From Haliotis rubra (lineage: Eukaryota), in NCBI RefSeq assembly GCF_003918875.1, contig NW_025767262.1, positions 1 to 64,000 on the forward strand: DNA of 64,000 bases, written 5' to 3'. A program made the translations under genes and the position numbers. The notes under the pieces were generated by a model. It was not told the DNA's origin, made no database searches, and saw only the letters and a program-made list of their open reading frames with translations. Each line of letters begins with the position of its first letter. The stretch's first letter is position 1. This document shows positions 1 to 12,863 of this stretch, piece after piece.

Positions 1-88
1 GAGGCTACGTATTGGAGTATAATATATCTGATTTACTCTGCCTAAGGTTGATTTGGAGCCAAAGACTGGTTGATGATTACAACGGAAA

Positions 89-286
89 CCCACAGGAGTT
101 CGAATCACTGTTTGGACAATAACAAAATGTACGAGAGTAGCGGGAGATTTTTCTAAAAATTCCATTTCTTCACCGATTTCGTTTAAATTTGAAATATACG
201 TTACTCATAACATGTCAAAATAATATAATACGGTTGCAAAATCTAGATTTTATTGTTAAATATTATTGTCCAAACAGTCCTGTGGG
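89..286. mobile_element. Small MITE-like element with terminal inverted repeats
   Basis: Left end cccacagga(+insert)ctgtttggacaataa is the reverse complement of right end ttattgtccaaacagtcctgtggg. Confidence 0.55.
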
Positions 287-499
287 AAAACCTGCTAAAA
301 TTAATGGATGTCGCACTAATTTACAAATGTGACCAGATAGGATACTAGATAGAGTCTGAGACGAGGTGGAAAGTGGAAAATATATCACAAGATCTAACAC
401 ACTTTAGTCTAGTGGAAATACAGAATGATCACGCTAAATAAGTAGATAAAGTTCAAACGAGTTTATTGATTAAACTTTGAACTGAAAGGTATTGTACAA

Positions 500-1232
500 A
501 AATTCGAGATTGCGAGACACGATGCCATCTGTCAACTGGGTAATTGAATACATCGCTCAAGTATTGTCTGTCACATCGAAACTGTAGAATGGCATTTGTC
601 TGTATCCTTCCCCACGATTGGTATACCTGGACTGTCAAACAAAATAAACTGTCTAATAAATTTGAAAGTATATGAACTTGTAGAATCCATAAACAATACA
701 TTCCGAAGTCACGTGACCCGAAATGAATGCCAAGGATGCCACATACCCATCAGCTATCAAACCGTGATGCAAGCCGTGAAGAAGACTAACCCCGCCACAG
801 CAGTCAATAGGATATATAGGATCGGGTCTCTTGAACACCCCCGGCAGAAGTTCAATGGTTGTGACGGCCCCTTGGCGAACTTTTATTCTTGGTTTGGCAT
901 ACTACCGCACTCAGCAATATTCTCGCTATATGGCGGCGGTCTGAAATCATCGAGTTTGATCCAGACAACCAGTGACTTCAAACAGCATGAGCATCGATCT
1001 ACGTAATTGGGAGCAACTTTATAATGTAACACTGAAGGCTCTTGACCTGATTCCGACGGGTGTGGGCGATGACCTTGTATCCCCGGATCGCGATGAAAGC
1101 AAGGACTGTCAAACTTGTAAATAGACTGTAAACCCAATTGCTCTACAATAACCTTTTTCCAGAAAGGTATGGACAATTAGTCTGTTTCACAAATCCTAGT
1201 CCCTACCCGCAACTTTAACAAATTGTTTGTTT
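500..1232 (-). pseudogene. Possible decayed class-A GPCR exon (TM1-TM3 remnant), interrupted by a SINE
   Basis: The minus strand reads ...FC...ILYILLTAVAGLVFFTACITV**LMGMWHPW, resembling TM3 with a frameshifted DR motif. It occupies the same position downstream of the orphan gene as the clearer GPCR remnants in units C-E. Confidence 0.3.
888..1012 (-). mobile_element. Partial ~250-bp SINE-like repeat (family 2)
   Basis: ccgcactcagcaatattc...ccagacaaccagtga...cagcatgagcatcgatctacg matches the family-2 copies elsewhere in the window. Confidence 0.7.
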
Positions 1233-1426
1233 CTACAACAAAATATAAATATACATCCACAATAATAACGCTTATCATTACAAACTTCTGTTAAATATAC
1301 TACTATTGTATTCTGTGTGAAGCAAAACATGTTAAATGAAAAAGCCAAAATAGTCCAAAATGATTTGGTCCGAAAGGTCCAAAAACTATCAGTTCACACA
1401 ACACTGGCACAACAAACACATCCAGT

Positions 1427-4129
1427 CTATCTCTCAGTGAAGAAACTTGGAACATGTGTTTCACACAGGACACAAGGACAGCTGAGCACGACTGGGGCTG
1501 CTTCAATTCTTCACCAAGATCGATCTCACAACTCTGAGGACGGGCTCTGGGGGCAAGGACGGGGAAGGAGGGCAGGGTGTCGGCAGGGGAGAGGGGGTTG
1601 ACGGTGATCGTGATGACACCGGTGCTTACAGAGAGGAAACATAATTCTAAATCCACTGAAACCAGCATTGATGGACGGTTTAGTCAGACGGTTTGCACTA
1701 AGAAAACGTGGGAAAGTAAATTTCATATTTTGTATTCTATTGTATCGGGATATAAACAATTAACAAGTGAAGTATAGCACATTATGACATACATAAATAC
1801 AATTGACAAATCCATTTCTAAAATCACAAGAAATCTCTACAAAACACTGTTTACTGGATGATTCCCACAATGCTATAAGAATGTTTTTTCAGAGTCACTA
1901 CCAGAGGTATAGTGTTGTTTGTGTATTCAGGAGGGTAAGCAGTTTTATCATACATTTCAGAATAACAACTTCAGTTATGTACACGTGAGTGGTAGGAAAA
2001 TGTCATAACCCTATTGTGTTTTGTTGAAAAAGAGTACTGATCTGATTGTAAGAAGCTGGATTGTACTGAATAAATCTGCGTCAGGAATGTCTGGTGTCTT
2101 GTTGAATATTAGGAAATAGAATGGACATACCGACCACATGTCATGGACGCATTTACGTTGGAAACAAACTTCGTTTAATGTAGTTGAAAACGTCAAATGA
2201 CTATGTAAGTTGTTTATATTTATAACGTGGTTTTAAACATTATTATTTCATTATTTTTCTTAAACTCTACTTAAATTCCATAATTTTCTTAAAACAACGA
2301 CCGTAGTTACAACTGGTTCTCGATTACTTCTTTACAGAACACATTTAAACAACATGAACCCAAAGATGACCTAATACTGGATCAAGGACCGGAAAGTCTT
2401 TTGGGAGACAGGGCCGGGTAGGTCCTAAACTTGTGGAGATCGTCCACAGCTGGAATAAAATTAAACAGAAATACATATAAATATCAATCGACAATCAATC
2501 GATCCTCAACTCTATGACTTAATACACAGTGTAGGACGCATTGTTCATAGACTGTTGGCTTAAGATGGACGAAAGTTTATTGTAAGAATTCATGGTGATT
2601 TCTATTAGTTTGTTTTTGTTTTGTCACGAGGATAATCCAATTATACCAACGTTAAACGGTTCGGTGCTAGTTCCCTTTAGTAGAGGTAATATATACTTGG
2701 ACATGAAAGACAAAACTTTACCAGTACTCGTTCTTGACACCAGACTGAAATTACAGTCCGGTGAATGAAACCCTTTAAGACTCTTAATGAATAGGATATT
2801 TTATCAAAAGAGATATTATTCTAAAATATTCTACATACATTTAATCCCCTGGACGCCGATATATTTTTCTGACGCACATACTCCATAAGATCTCAAAAGT
2901 GAACATTGCCCAATATTTCGCCAGAAATGGTCATTGTTTTATGTAAACATTGTTCAAACTAACAAACAAAATTCAAAACAAAAATAACTTATCAGTCATC
3001 ATTCACGTGATATGATATTGAACAAAGAAATTAGTTTCTGCGTAAAAAAAATGCATTGAAAGATACTTGTGCTGCAGATGTGAATACTTAAATGTAGCTG
3101 GATAGGATTATCGTGTCTGCTTCTGACAACCGACCTTCACCTCCAAGAATTTACCAAATATGTACAATGGCAACAATGTTGACGCTACAACCAGTGACCG
3201 ATGTCTTACAAAATCACCGTCTTGCTTCTTCGATTCTAAGAATGGACTCTTCGCATTTACACATTACTTGGTACTGGTGACAAAGACCACTTAGTTTTTA
3301 TACTCAAAATGTATGAAGAAATTAAGTGATGTATAGCCTAATAGTCTTTTCATGACTGGTCCCAGCGTTGAAGAATGATTTTGTAAAACACAAGTCAGTG
3401 CGCAACAGAAAGCTCACTTTTGTCGTTGGTGTATTTCAAAATCATCGGTTTACATTGGTGATTTGAAGAAAAACTGATAACAGTGATCCACTAAAAACGC
3501 TAGTTTTGAAATTCCTAGTAATTATCTGATTTTCACATTTTCAATACATACAATGAAATAGCGACGTGAATCATAGTTTTGTAAATTGTCAAAAATGGCG
3601 ACAGGAAATGTCCCAACAAATTAAAATACTTTGAAGTGTATTTGTGTACGTGATATAGTTTGAACCTTATTCCGACTTCAAAGTGAAGTGCAAATAGTAG
3701 GGGAAGTTTTGTACTAGGGAGATGTTCCTCTCATAACCCATGCAGGTGATTATCTTGGGTAGGAGATCTGGAGAGACATGGATTTCCATGTACCTGGCCC
3801 ATTTCCATCATTTATCATAGTTATTCATGAAAAATAACATGGTTACAATTAATATCAATAACGAAAATCACCTTTACCTCTTTCTAAATGAATATGTCAC
3901 TCATTCCCTATCGACTGCAAATCGGAGAAGTACATAAAGTGTTCTGCTAATGAGTCAGTCACTAATAACTCAATCGTTACCAAATCTTCAGGACACGATT
4001 CAACTTTTGGAAAGCAACTATTTAAAGGCATCGCTAGCCGAAATCTACGATGAAAAAGCAAAAAATATCAACACAGACACCACTTCTATGATACCTTGTT
4101 TGATGGGCCAAAGCAACAGAAGCATACAT
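1427..4129 (-). pseudogene. Orphan three-exon gene family, copy A (disabled): exons 4129-4095, 2449-2378, 1624-1427
   Basis: Homologous to copies B and E. Exon 1 has +1 nt, exon 2 has two 1-nt deletions and exon 3 has further indels. The spliced frame stops early (MYASVALAHQTSCGRSPQV*). The X-box and 3'UTR element are retained. Confidence 0.8.
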
Positions 4130-4227
4130 CGTGCAGAACGTGAGATGCGTGCGGTATAAAAGAGCGAAATGCAAACCACTGGGTACAAAGCAGCAACAAC
4201 CAAAAATGGCGTCGTTTTAGAACATAG

Positions 4228-4241
4228 GTCTCCATGGAGAT
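4228..4241 (-). promoter_or_regulatory. X-box (RFX-type) palindrome, copy A
   Basis: GTCTCCATGGAGAT; on the minus strand ATCTCC AT GGAGAC fits the relaxed consensus RTHNYY WT RRNRAC. Confidence 0.55.
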
Positions 4242-4782
4242 CCGCCTGTAAACCGCTGCATTTCGCCCCTTCCGTAAACTGGGCAGCTCAATCAGACTGG
4301 CCTCGCGATCGGCCTCTTACTGTGCAGCCGCTAGCGAAGGGTGGGACACCAGCAGAGTGGGCCCTGAATTTTACAGTAAAATGCCAGCGAAACCTTCTCA
4401 GTCCACAAATGGATTTTCGCCAAATGTACAATTGTAGTGTTAATCTTGATTTCGGCTGGCGCAGCACCATATGCACGAAGAATTATATTCTGAACCTGTT
4501 TCTTTTAACGTTTTCAGCGTTTGTTTCACTCCATAAAAAAGTGGATTCAACACTCGGGAATAATATTTGGCTCTTCATCTAAGCTTCTGAAAAGATCAAT
4601 TTTGACCACTTATAGCTTACAGCAAAATATAGAAAGAATAACATTGCTGGACGCTGTTGGCTGATAAGCATATATCAATTTATGTGCTGCTTGATTTTGA
4701 TTTTGACATACGGTGACCGCAAACGTTGCCAAGACGCAGCAGCAAGTAGCAGATAATCTTTTATTAACAACAATCAGCTTTG

Positions 4783-4966
4783 AGTGAGTGAGTGAGTGAG
4801 TGAGTTTTCGTTACAGTTCCGACCCTCAAATCGCCTTTCGAGAGTGAAAGTATTTAGAATGGTTTTAAGTCCGCTTGCAATATTTCAGAAGCGATATAAC
4901 TGCGGGGACACCGGGTTGAAATGGATCTCACACATTGTACCCATGTGTGGAATCGAACCTGGGTCT
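4783..4966 (-). mobile_element. Degenerate tRNA-derived SINE (family 1)
   Basis: (gagt)n tail, body cacattgtacccatg, B-box remnant gaatcgaacc. Confidence 0.7.
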
Positions 4967-5543
4967 GTAACTCATAGTGAAACACTGTGTATGTCTAAAA
5001 TAACAGCTAAGTCTTTGTTTTCTCGACAGTCTCAAACAAATCCGTCGTTGGTCCTGGCTCATGTCAGACGATGTTATCGCAAGGGGAGACCACTCGTTGT
5101 ATTAATCCTTTCATCGCCGTTTCGATCTCGAAATTTCTCTCCATTAACTCAAGAAGGTCTTTATGGAACCGTACATGGTGGATAAGCCAAACACGAAACG
5201 CTTATTGACAAGATTAAGCAACCATGATCAAATAGAAATCAGAAATATGATATTAAATATATAATTTGATCCAAAATATGTATGAAAACATAATATGAGT
5301 GTTAAAAGAAGATGGAAATTGACAAACACAACAGACGCATGCATTGTACATCCAGAAAATATCTGGTTTTGCAGCGAAAGGCACTTTCAGCACATTATTG
5401 GAATGCCTCAGGACAGCACCCTGCTTAACCCTACAGTGAAAAGAAGAAAACACCGACGGTTCGACCGCAAGACTTTTGAATAATATTGAAAGATATACCT
5501 GATGATAGTTCACACAACACTGGCACAGCAAACACATCCAAGT

Positions 5544-7360
5544 CTATCTCTGTGTGAAGAAACTCTGGAACATGTGTTTCACACAGGACACAAGGACAGC
5601 CGAGCACGACTGGGGCTGCTTGGATTCTTCACCAAGATCGATCTCCACAACTTGAGGACGGGCTCTGGGGGCAAGGACGGGGAAGGAGGGCAGGGTGTCG
5701 GGCAGGGAGTAGAGGGGGTTGACGGTGATCGTGAAGACACCGGGCCGCTTATAGAGAGGAAGAAGATTTTTTTGAATCAATGAAACAAGTATTTATCGAT
5801 ATTTCAATTAAATAGCTTGTATTAAGAAAATATGGGAAAGTCGACAATTTTAGACATTTGCACTCTGTTGTATCTGGGTATTTAAACAAAAAGTAAATAA
5901 AATTATACCATCTTCCAAAACATATAAATAGAAAAGACAAAATCATTTCCAAAATTATAAGAAATCACTAATAAAACAGAGTTCACTGAATGATTCCCCT
6001 ATGTTAAAAGCATGTAAAATAATGCCAGGATTTTCTTTGCTTGAAATGGGTGCTGATTTATTTGAAGCTTATCGAATATTTAATATTTTCCTGTAATAAT
6101 AGTTCTGGAGTAGCCAAACAATAAGTTTACGGAATATTCTAAATAGAGTTACAAAGCATACATATGTTTAATAACTCTGGCGTTGTGAATGTTAGTCCAG
6201 CAATCGAAATTGCCATAGTGTCCATATTTCATGACAAGTGTGTATTTACAAAGGAACAACATATTTCTGTCAATGGAATATGAGCTGTTAATTTCTTGGA
6301 AATTTGGTAGAGGTTCAGAAATGTTAGATTTGAATGTCTCTGGGTTGCATTTAACTTTCATAACACGCTACTAAAATCCATATTGTATTTTTAACTGTAA
6401 ACAGTATCTGCCTCTAACTGGCTGTGGATATTTCGACATTTTGGTGTGTTATTAAAACCAACAGGACACATTCAAACAGCTTGAACCTATCCATGACCTA
6501 CAGGATCAGGGACTGGGGGTGTCTGTTGGGAGACGGGGGCCGGGTAGGTCCTAAACCTGTGGAGATCGTCCAGAGCTGGAATGGAACAAAAACGGAAATA
6601 TATAAATGCACACATCAATCGACATGGTGACAGCTGTTAAGGTGGATCCTCATTTTTGACGACCTTATTCAATCAAATTATGCCAACCTTACTGGGTTCG
6701 GTGCCGTTGTCGAGGTAATGAGGTATTTTGACATGATATTGGGGCAGAAAAGACACGAGTTCCTCGACACCAGAACGAATAAGAAGTGTCTGTAAACTCT
6801 GAAAACCCCAGTGAATACGTTATTTCATGATGGAGTTTCTATTCTCCAAAACAACTTTGGGTAAGCATTGGATAGATCCCATAGACATGGGAAAGGGAGA
6901 CATGTAGTGTTATTCCCATTATTTATAAAAAAAAGATTATTATTATGCTTTATCACTGGAATCTGAATTGAAGAATATGAATTAATAACATATATCAGAC
7001 AGCTGTGAAATCAAAAAGGCATTTTACAAGCCTAAATAGAAAACAAAAAGAAGCGACATTATCCACACATTCAAATTCATGCACTTTCACTTCAAATGTG
7101 ACAAATACATTGAGAAAATGATATAGTTCATGAAAACAGACGAGGAACCCGCATTGTGCATGGCTTGTCTCTTCCTGCGTCTGTCAGTCGTTTCCTTAGA
7201 CATTTTATTGTCTTCAGGGCACGATTCAGCTTTGGGATACCATCCGTCAAAATTCATCAAAATGAAATCTACGAAATAAAAGGTAAAAAGCAAAAATAAT
7301 TGAATTCAGATACCACAACTAGATACCTTGATGATAGACCGAAGCAACAGAGGCATACAT
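5544..7360 (-). CDS. Orphan small proline-rich protein, copy B (103 aa): exons 7360-7327, 6575-6502, 5747-5544
   Basis: Canonical splice sites CAAG|gtat, ttccag|CT, CCT|gtaggt, ctataag|CGG give 34+74+204=312 nt: MYASVASVYHQALDDLHRFRTYPAPVSQQTPPVPDPRPGVFTITVNPLYSLPDTLPSFPVLAPRARPQVVEIDLGEESKQPQSCSAVLVSCVKHMFQSFFTQR*. The structure is conserved with paralog F. Confidence 0.85.
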
Positions 7361-7465
7361 CGTGCAGAACTTGGGATACGTGCGGGATAAAGAGCAAAAT
7401 GTCAACACAGACGTGGAAACAAAGTGCAGCATCAACAACCAAAATGGCGTCGTTTGTGTGTGAAG

Positions 7466-7479
7466 GTCTCCATGGAGAT
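7466..7479 (-). promoter_or_regulatory. X-box (RFX-type) palindrome, copy B
   Basis: GTCTCCATGGAGAT about 106 nt upstream of the ATG, next to a CGCCATTTT (YY1-like) motif. Confidence 0.6.
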
Positions 7480-8519
7480 CCGTCTCAGCGACCGTCGCCT
7501 CTCGTCCCTTTCCGTAAACTGGGTAGCAGTTACCTGAATGTTTACACTAGTCCGAGGACTCTGTTGTGCAACCGCAAGCGAGGGGCAAGGGTGCCACCTT
7601 AGTGTTAATATGTTTACGGTTACAAATGATGCATTCTGAAGCAGTAAACTGAAAAGAATTATATGGTTGGACGGTGGAAAGAGTATTTTCGTGCTGCCTG
7701 ATTTCAACATGGCTATCGCAGCTACCTTAAGATACAATCATCTTGTATAACTCACATAGAAATTCTGTGTATATCTGAAATAACAACAACCGTAGTATTA
7801 CGCCCAACAAGGGGCAATTATCATGAAAATATACATATTCCGTCGGGAAAGAGGGACAGTAAATCAGTATTAGATTCCTGGCCTACGTGTGATGGTGATA
7901 ACACAAGGGAGACCACTCCCATTGTATTGCTTTCTTACATAAACTAGAATTGTTCCATTCATGTCACTCTAGTGGTTACTAAACAAAAACGTGCGCCCAT
8001 TTCACACAGTATGCACTAAGTTGAAAAGCATGGAGCAAGTTGCTTAATTCCGTTAAAAAGGAATTTCAGACACCTCAACTCATTTTAGATCATGAGCAGT
8101 AACAATGTTAATTGTCTGACTTAAATATTACTGAGACAATTCTCTTTGAGAGGAGGAACGAAGTCTGTTCCTATACTCCCAACTTCAACAACAAAGGAAT
8201 TAAGCCCCTACTCCGCTAAGCTGACACACCTTGAAAGTGTAGCATAGTTGCATTCATGTCAGTCCAGTGGTCTCTAGACAAAACCCCGTGTCATTATTTC
8301 ACACAGTTTGCGCGAAGTTGAAAAGGATGGAGCAAGTACCATTACTCCATAAAATGACTTTCAGACCCCAATTGTCAAATACATTTAAGACTGAGAAGTA
8401 ACATCAACAGAGTACAATTTTAATTATCTGACTTAAATAGTTACTGGGAAAGTTGTTCTCATAGAGTTTCGTCCCTACACTTCCCGACCAACTTCTAAAA
8501 TAGGATAATAACTAAAATA

Positions 8520-8700
8520 GTATTGTAAGGATGCAGAGACCAGCTTACTCGTCGGAGCTGGCACCAATAAAGCATCGTTGGGATGTCCTTGGTCGAGGGT
8601 TGCGTTTAATCACCCACCTTCTATAAATCATAATCAGCTCATTAAGGTTCTCCAGAGTGGCAAGCTGTCCCCCAGGCAACTCAAGGAGACTTGTTATTGA
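8520..8700 (+). mobile_element. Tc1/mariner transposase C-terminal remnant
   Basis: Same segment as 39945-40136 (PAYSSDLTPVEHRWDVLGR). Confidence 0.65.
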
Positions 8701-8967
8701 AGCTTTTAACGAGAAAACAAACCAGACTCGGTATGAGTTTTCATTCTTTGCCCTTTCTCAGTCATCTCTTATTTCAGAAGCCGAGCCACGATTCTCAATT
8801 CACCTTAAAGAAGACGAGTTGCTTCCTCCTAAACCACACCTACTTGACCATGGCACTAATAAGCCAACTGAAGATTGTGGTAATGTAAACGTGAAGATAA
8901 TTCCCTTGTTACCCTTCATTTATGCATAGCTGACACTGATGTGTATTCTAAGTGCCCATTTAACTAA

Positions 8968-10307
8968 CGTCATATGTCCGAGTCTAATCCTGCTTAACTG
9001 TGATTATGATTTTATCACATTCATTTCTGCTGCCGGCATTGATGGAAAATAAGTGTCTCCTCCTTGGCAACGTCATATCCTCTAACGAGTCAATTAAAAA
9101 TAAATATAATACATACAAATCCATACAGATGGGTCAAAGGAACTGCCACTGTTTTCCCGAACAATATCTTCTCGACTACCAAACAGCTCTATTTTCACAG
9201 CAGAGGCTTTATTACAGCTCTTAAATATATTAATAAACGCCGTAAATATAAAGAATACATAATATTTTCTGATTTCTTGTTCTTCAGGCTCTTGGGCTTT
9301 TATTGAAATTATTGAATTAAAGCCATGGCCAATACGACATTTCTGCTGCCGGCATTGGAGCTGGAAAATATAGCTCCTTGACACCCGTCTTCTTTAGAAC
9401 TTCATCCTCTGATGCAGGCAGTGGGACTAATTAATAAATTACATAAAATAAAACCCTATATTGGTTACACCTACTTGGGTTGTCAGTCAGATTTGAAGAG
9501 GTCATCATGCGACGATGTCGTATTGGCCATACAAGGTACACTCACAAATATTTGTTAAAGGTGAAGATCCTCCGTTTTGTATCCCTTGTGATGAGAGAAC
9601 CACGGTCAAGCATGTCCTGCTTGACTGTGTTGAATTCTCCATCATAAGGGATAAATACTCAATGTGAAAACAGTTAAGGATCTTTTAACACTGTTAATTT
9701 TCATTTAATTATTGGCTTTTTAAAAGAAATTGATTTAATGAATGAATTTTGAATAATATGTTCTGTACATATATGTATTTTAATTATTGGTAGATTTGAT
9801 TAGTAACTTAGATTGTTAGTGGCAGTGCCCTCAAAGGGGGTTGAAGTAGTGTAAAATTATTGTCCTCCTGAGAGGGTACGTAAGTCCCAAAACATTCAAA
9901 GTAAATTTAAACCTACTACTATTTTAATCGTAGAATATATGTCCGTTTAATTTATGGCTAGATTATCTAACATTGCTAATAGCTGAGGGATGGTGTAAAT
10001 CCAGCTAGGGTCCATGCAGGAAGCAAATGTACTGTAAGTCCCCATGGTCCCTAGTATGGTGATCTACCTTCAGCTGTTGGCAATATATAGCCTGTTTTTA
10101 CCTTGTATTGTCATCTATAGTTGGACTGTTTTAGATTTGATTGCTAGTTTTAAATTCGAATCTGTGATAATCTAGTTATTTTACTGTCCTTCGTTGACAG
10201 GTTTTGATAGTTTACCATTTCTTACTATGCATAAAATTAATTGTTCTCGTCACGATATGGCTGAAATATTGCCGATGTGACGTTAAATTTTAACTCACTC
10301 ACTCACT
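8968..10307 (+). mobile_element. I-group LINE 3' fragment, copy 1 (5' part scrambled)
   Basis: Duplicate of 15379-16444, plus jumbled RNase H pieces (IHTDGSK, FTAEA, ALKYI...IIFSD). The right TSD is at 10308-10320. Confidence 0.8.
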
Positions 10308-10871
10308 CTACGTCATATCCAAAAGGGTTGATGTTGGATTCTTGCAACGCTCTTTTTAAATTCCTACACTATGCTCGTTAAGGAGTCCAAAAGAAGTGTC
10401 GACCAAATTTACATGTATTTCATAAAATGTGTAAATTCATGATCCGTACTTCTTGTATTATCGATATTTCTGAATATAAGAGCTGGGTAATTGGGTAAGA
10501 AGCCGCACTGTGTAGGATGGATCTAACTGATGCAGCGAATCGAGACCTTCGGGCATTCATTTGTTGCCGAGCACAGGCTCAAGAAAATAACGCTGTTGTA
10601 ATTCCTCCTTAGGCAAGAATACATGCATACCTCTTCAACAGTAAATGAACACGAAGAAATCTGATGTTATATTTTCAGTGGATAATTGGCTTGGTGCACG
10701 GGGTTTTCATGGTGTAGGTGGAGATGAGTTATGTTAAGTAGTACTTTATCTATCTATCTCTATCTGTTTCTCTCTCACACACACACATACACAGACGCAG
10801 GTAAACATTCGGTGGGAGTAAAAGGTGCCGACAGGAATTGTGTATTTCAAATGTAAATAACGGCTGCGTCT

Positions 10872-11111
10872 GTTTTGTTTGTTTGTTGTTTAACGACACA
10901 CTCCAGCAATATTACAGCTGTATGGTATCTGTCTGTAAATAATCTGGACCAGACAATCCAGTGATCAACAGCATGAGCATTAATCTACGCAATATGGATA
11001 CGATGACATGTGTCAACCAAGTCAGCGAGCCTGACCACCCGATCCCGCAAGTCGCCTCTTACGACAAGCATGGGTTACTGAAGACCAATTCTAACCCGGA
11101 TCTTCATAGGT
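10872..11111 (-). mobile_element. SINE-like repeat family 2
   Basis: Core tcgcctcttacgacaagcatgggttactgaagaccaattctaacccggatcttca. Confidence 0.8.
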
Positions 11112-12863
11112 TTGTTACGTTTGTAAACAATACACTTCAAATCATAATGTTACAACCAGTACGTTTCCAAACATAATAATAAAGTCATCACTTTCATCGA
11201 CAACCAATAAACTAATATGTCAAACTGTTACTTGCTGTGCCAAACAATCCACAATTCTAGCCACCAAAACCGCTGTGTCATAAGCATTCAGAGTTAACCT
11301 TCTGCTGTGCCACTAATATCCATTCATGAAAATAATATGAACATCAAGCTTTTCTTCTCAAGAAGACGAAATTACCCTCAGGGGATACAGATTTGAAGTT
11401 GCCATCTAACATACTATCAACCTTGACTCTTCAAAGCAATTTCTTCTCTGGCTCTTTATGGTTCAATCTCCAGCGCAGTCTCTGCAAATGGTCCCCGCCC
11501 TGAGCCAAGCCACAACATCACGTACTTATTACAGATGGTCTGTTTACCGGGTATCGACTTACACAAGCACGAGTTCGCTGTCCTTCTTTTGCACCATGTC
11601 AACATGAGAAGTGCAGCCAAGTCGCCTAGAGACCAAACTTGAGAAGTCCTTGACCTTTGATCGTGCAGCGACAGTCGACTTGAAAAATTAGGTATCAACG
11701 GAAAAGGAATGATGTCTCGATGTCTCCATGGGACACGAGTGTATGTCGTCTTGTTCGTCTTAATCGGCTTGACTGAACATTGTATAAGAAAATGCAGAGG
11801 AATATACACGACCAAGCTGGAGGTTTTCATCGTCTCCTGCCACTCTTGACCTATCAAGGGCTTTTCTCTGAACACCGTTACCCTTTTGCCATCGGCTGCA
11901 AATTGTACTTGAAGAAGCGTCTGTTCCCCGGAGCCAAGGAACTGGTTGAGCATTTTCTGGATGGTCAATAACGCCAGCTTTCACATTACTGGTAGATTCC
12001 GTTACTCATATCTTTGTTTGAATGTATTTTGTTTTTGTTGGAAATAAATATAGTCTGTAGGATGAGACTAAATGATCAATGACATTGATGTTTAAAATGA
12101 TTTAATAGTTAGTGATTCGTCTGAGATATTATCTATCATCTAATAACTATTGGTGTCATTTGGCCCTCTTTTAATTTTATAAAACGAATGTAATGTTTTC
12201 AACATACCATTTCAAATACATCGTCTATAAAAAAAACGCTGGCGACGAAATAAGAAATCATTCAAAGTTAATATGAAAATAATAGTTCCGTCTTTTTCAA
12301 GAGTAAATTGATTGAAATGATGGTTCAAAATTAGGTATAATTAATAAAATGATCTCCATTATTGAAAAATAACAGAGCATTTAAACAAAAAGAATAACGT
12401 CACGAATGTGTTTTACTTGAATACTGCAAGTCATATGCAAGATTGTGCAACATTTCTTCAGATGGTTTGACGACTCTTTGTTTACCAAGACAGACACTCT
12501 ATTGTCCACCAGCTTCTTTCTAGCTTCGTGACAAGGACCAGGCTACCTATTCTCGAAACATTCGTAGCCCTACGAACTTCTTAAGCCCATTCTTAAAAGT
12601 GTGTATTTACAAAAGGAACAACATATTTCTGTCAATGGAATATGAGCTGTTAATTTCTTGGAAATTTGGTAGAGGTTCAGAAATGTTAGATTTGAATGTG
12701 TCTGAGTTGCATTTAACTTTCATAACACGCTACTAAAATCCATATTGTATTTTTAACTGTAAACAGTATCTGCCTCTAACTGGCTGTCGATATTTCGACA
12801 GTTTGGTGTGTTATTAAAACCAACAGGACACATTCAAACAACTTGAACCTATCCATGACCTAC

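Noticed and set aside
5495-5530. CTGATGA as a hammerhead ribozyme core
   Set aside because: No stem II plus GAAA or flanking pairing follows it.
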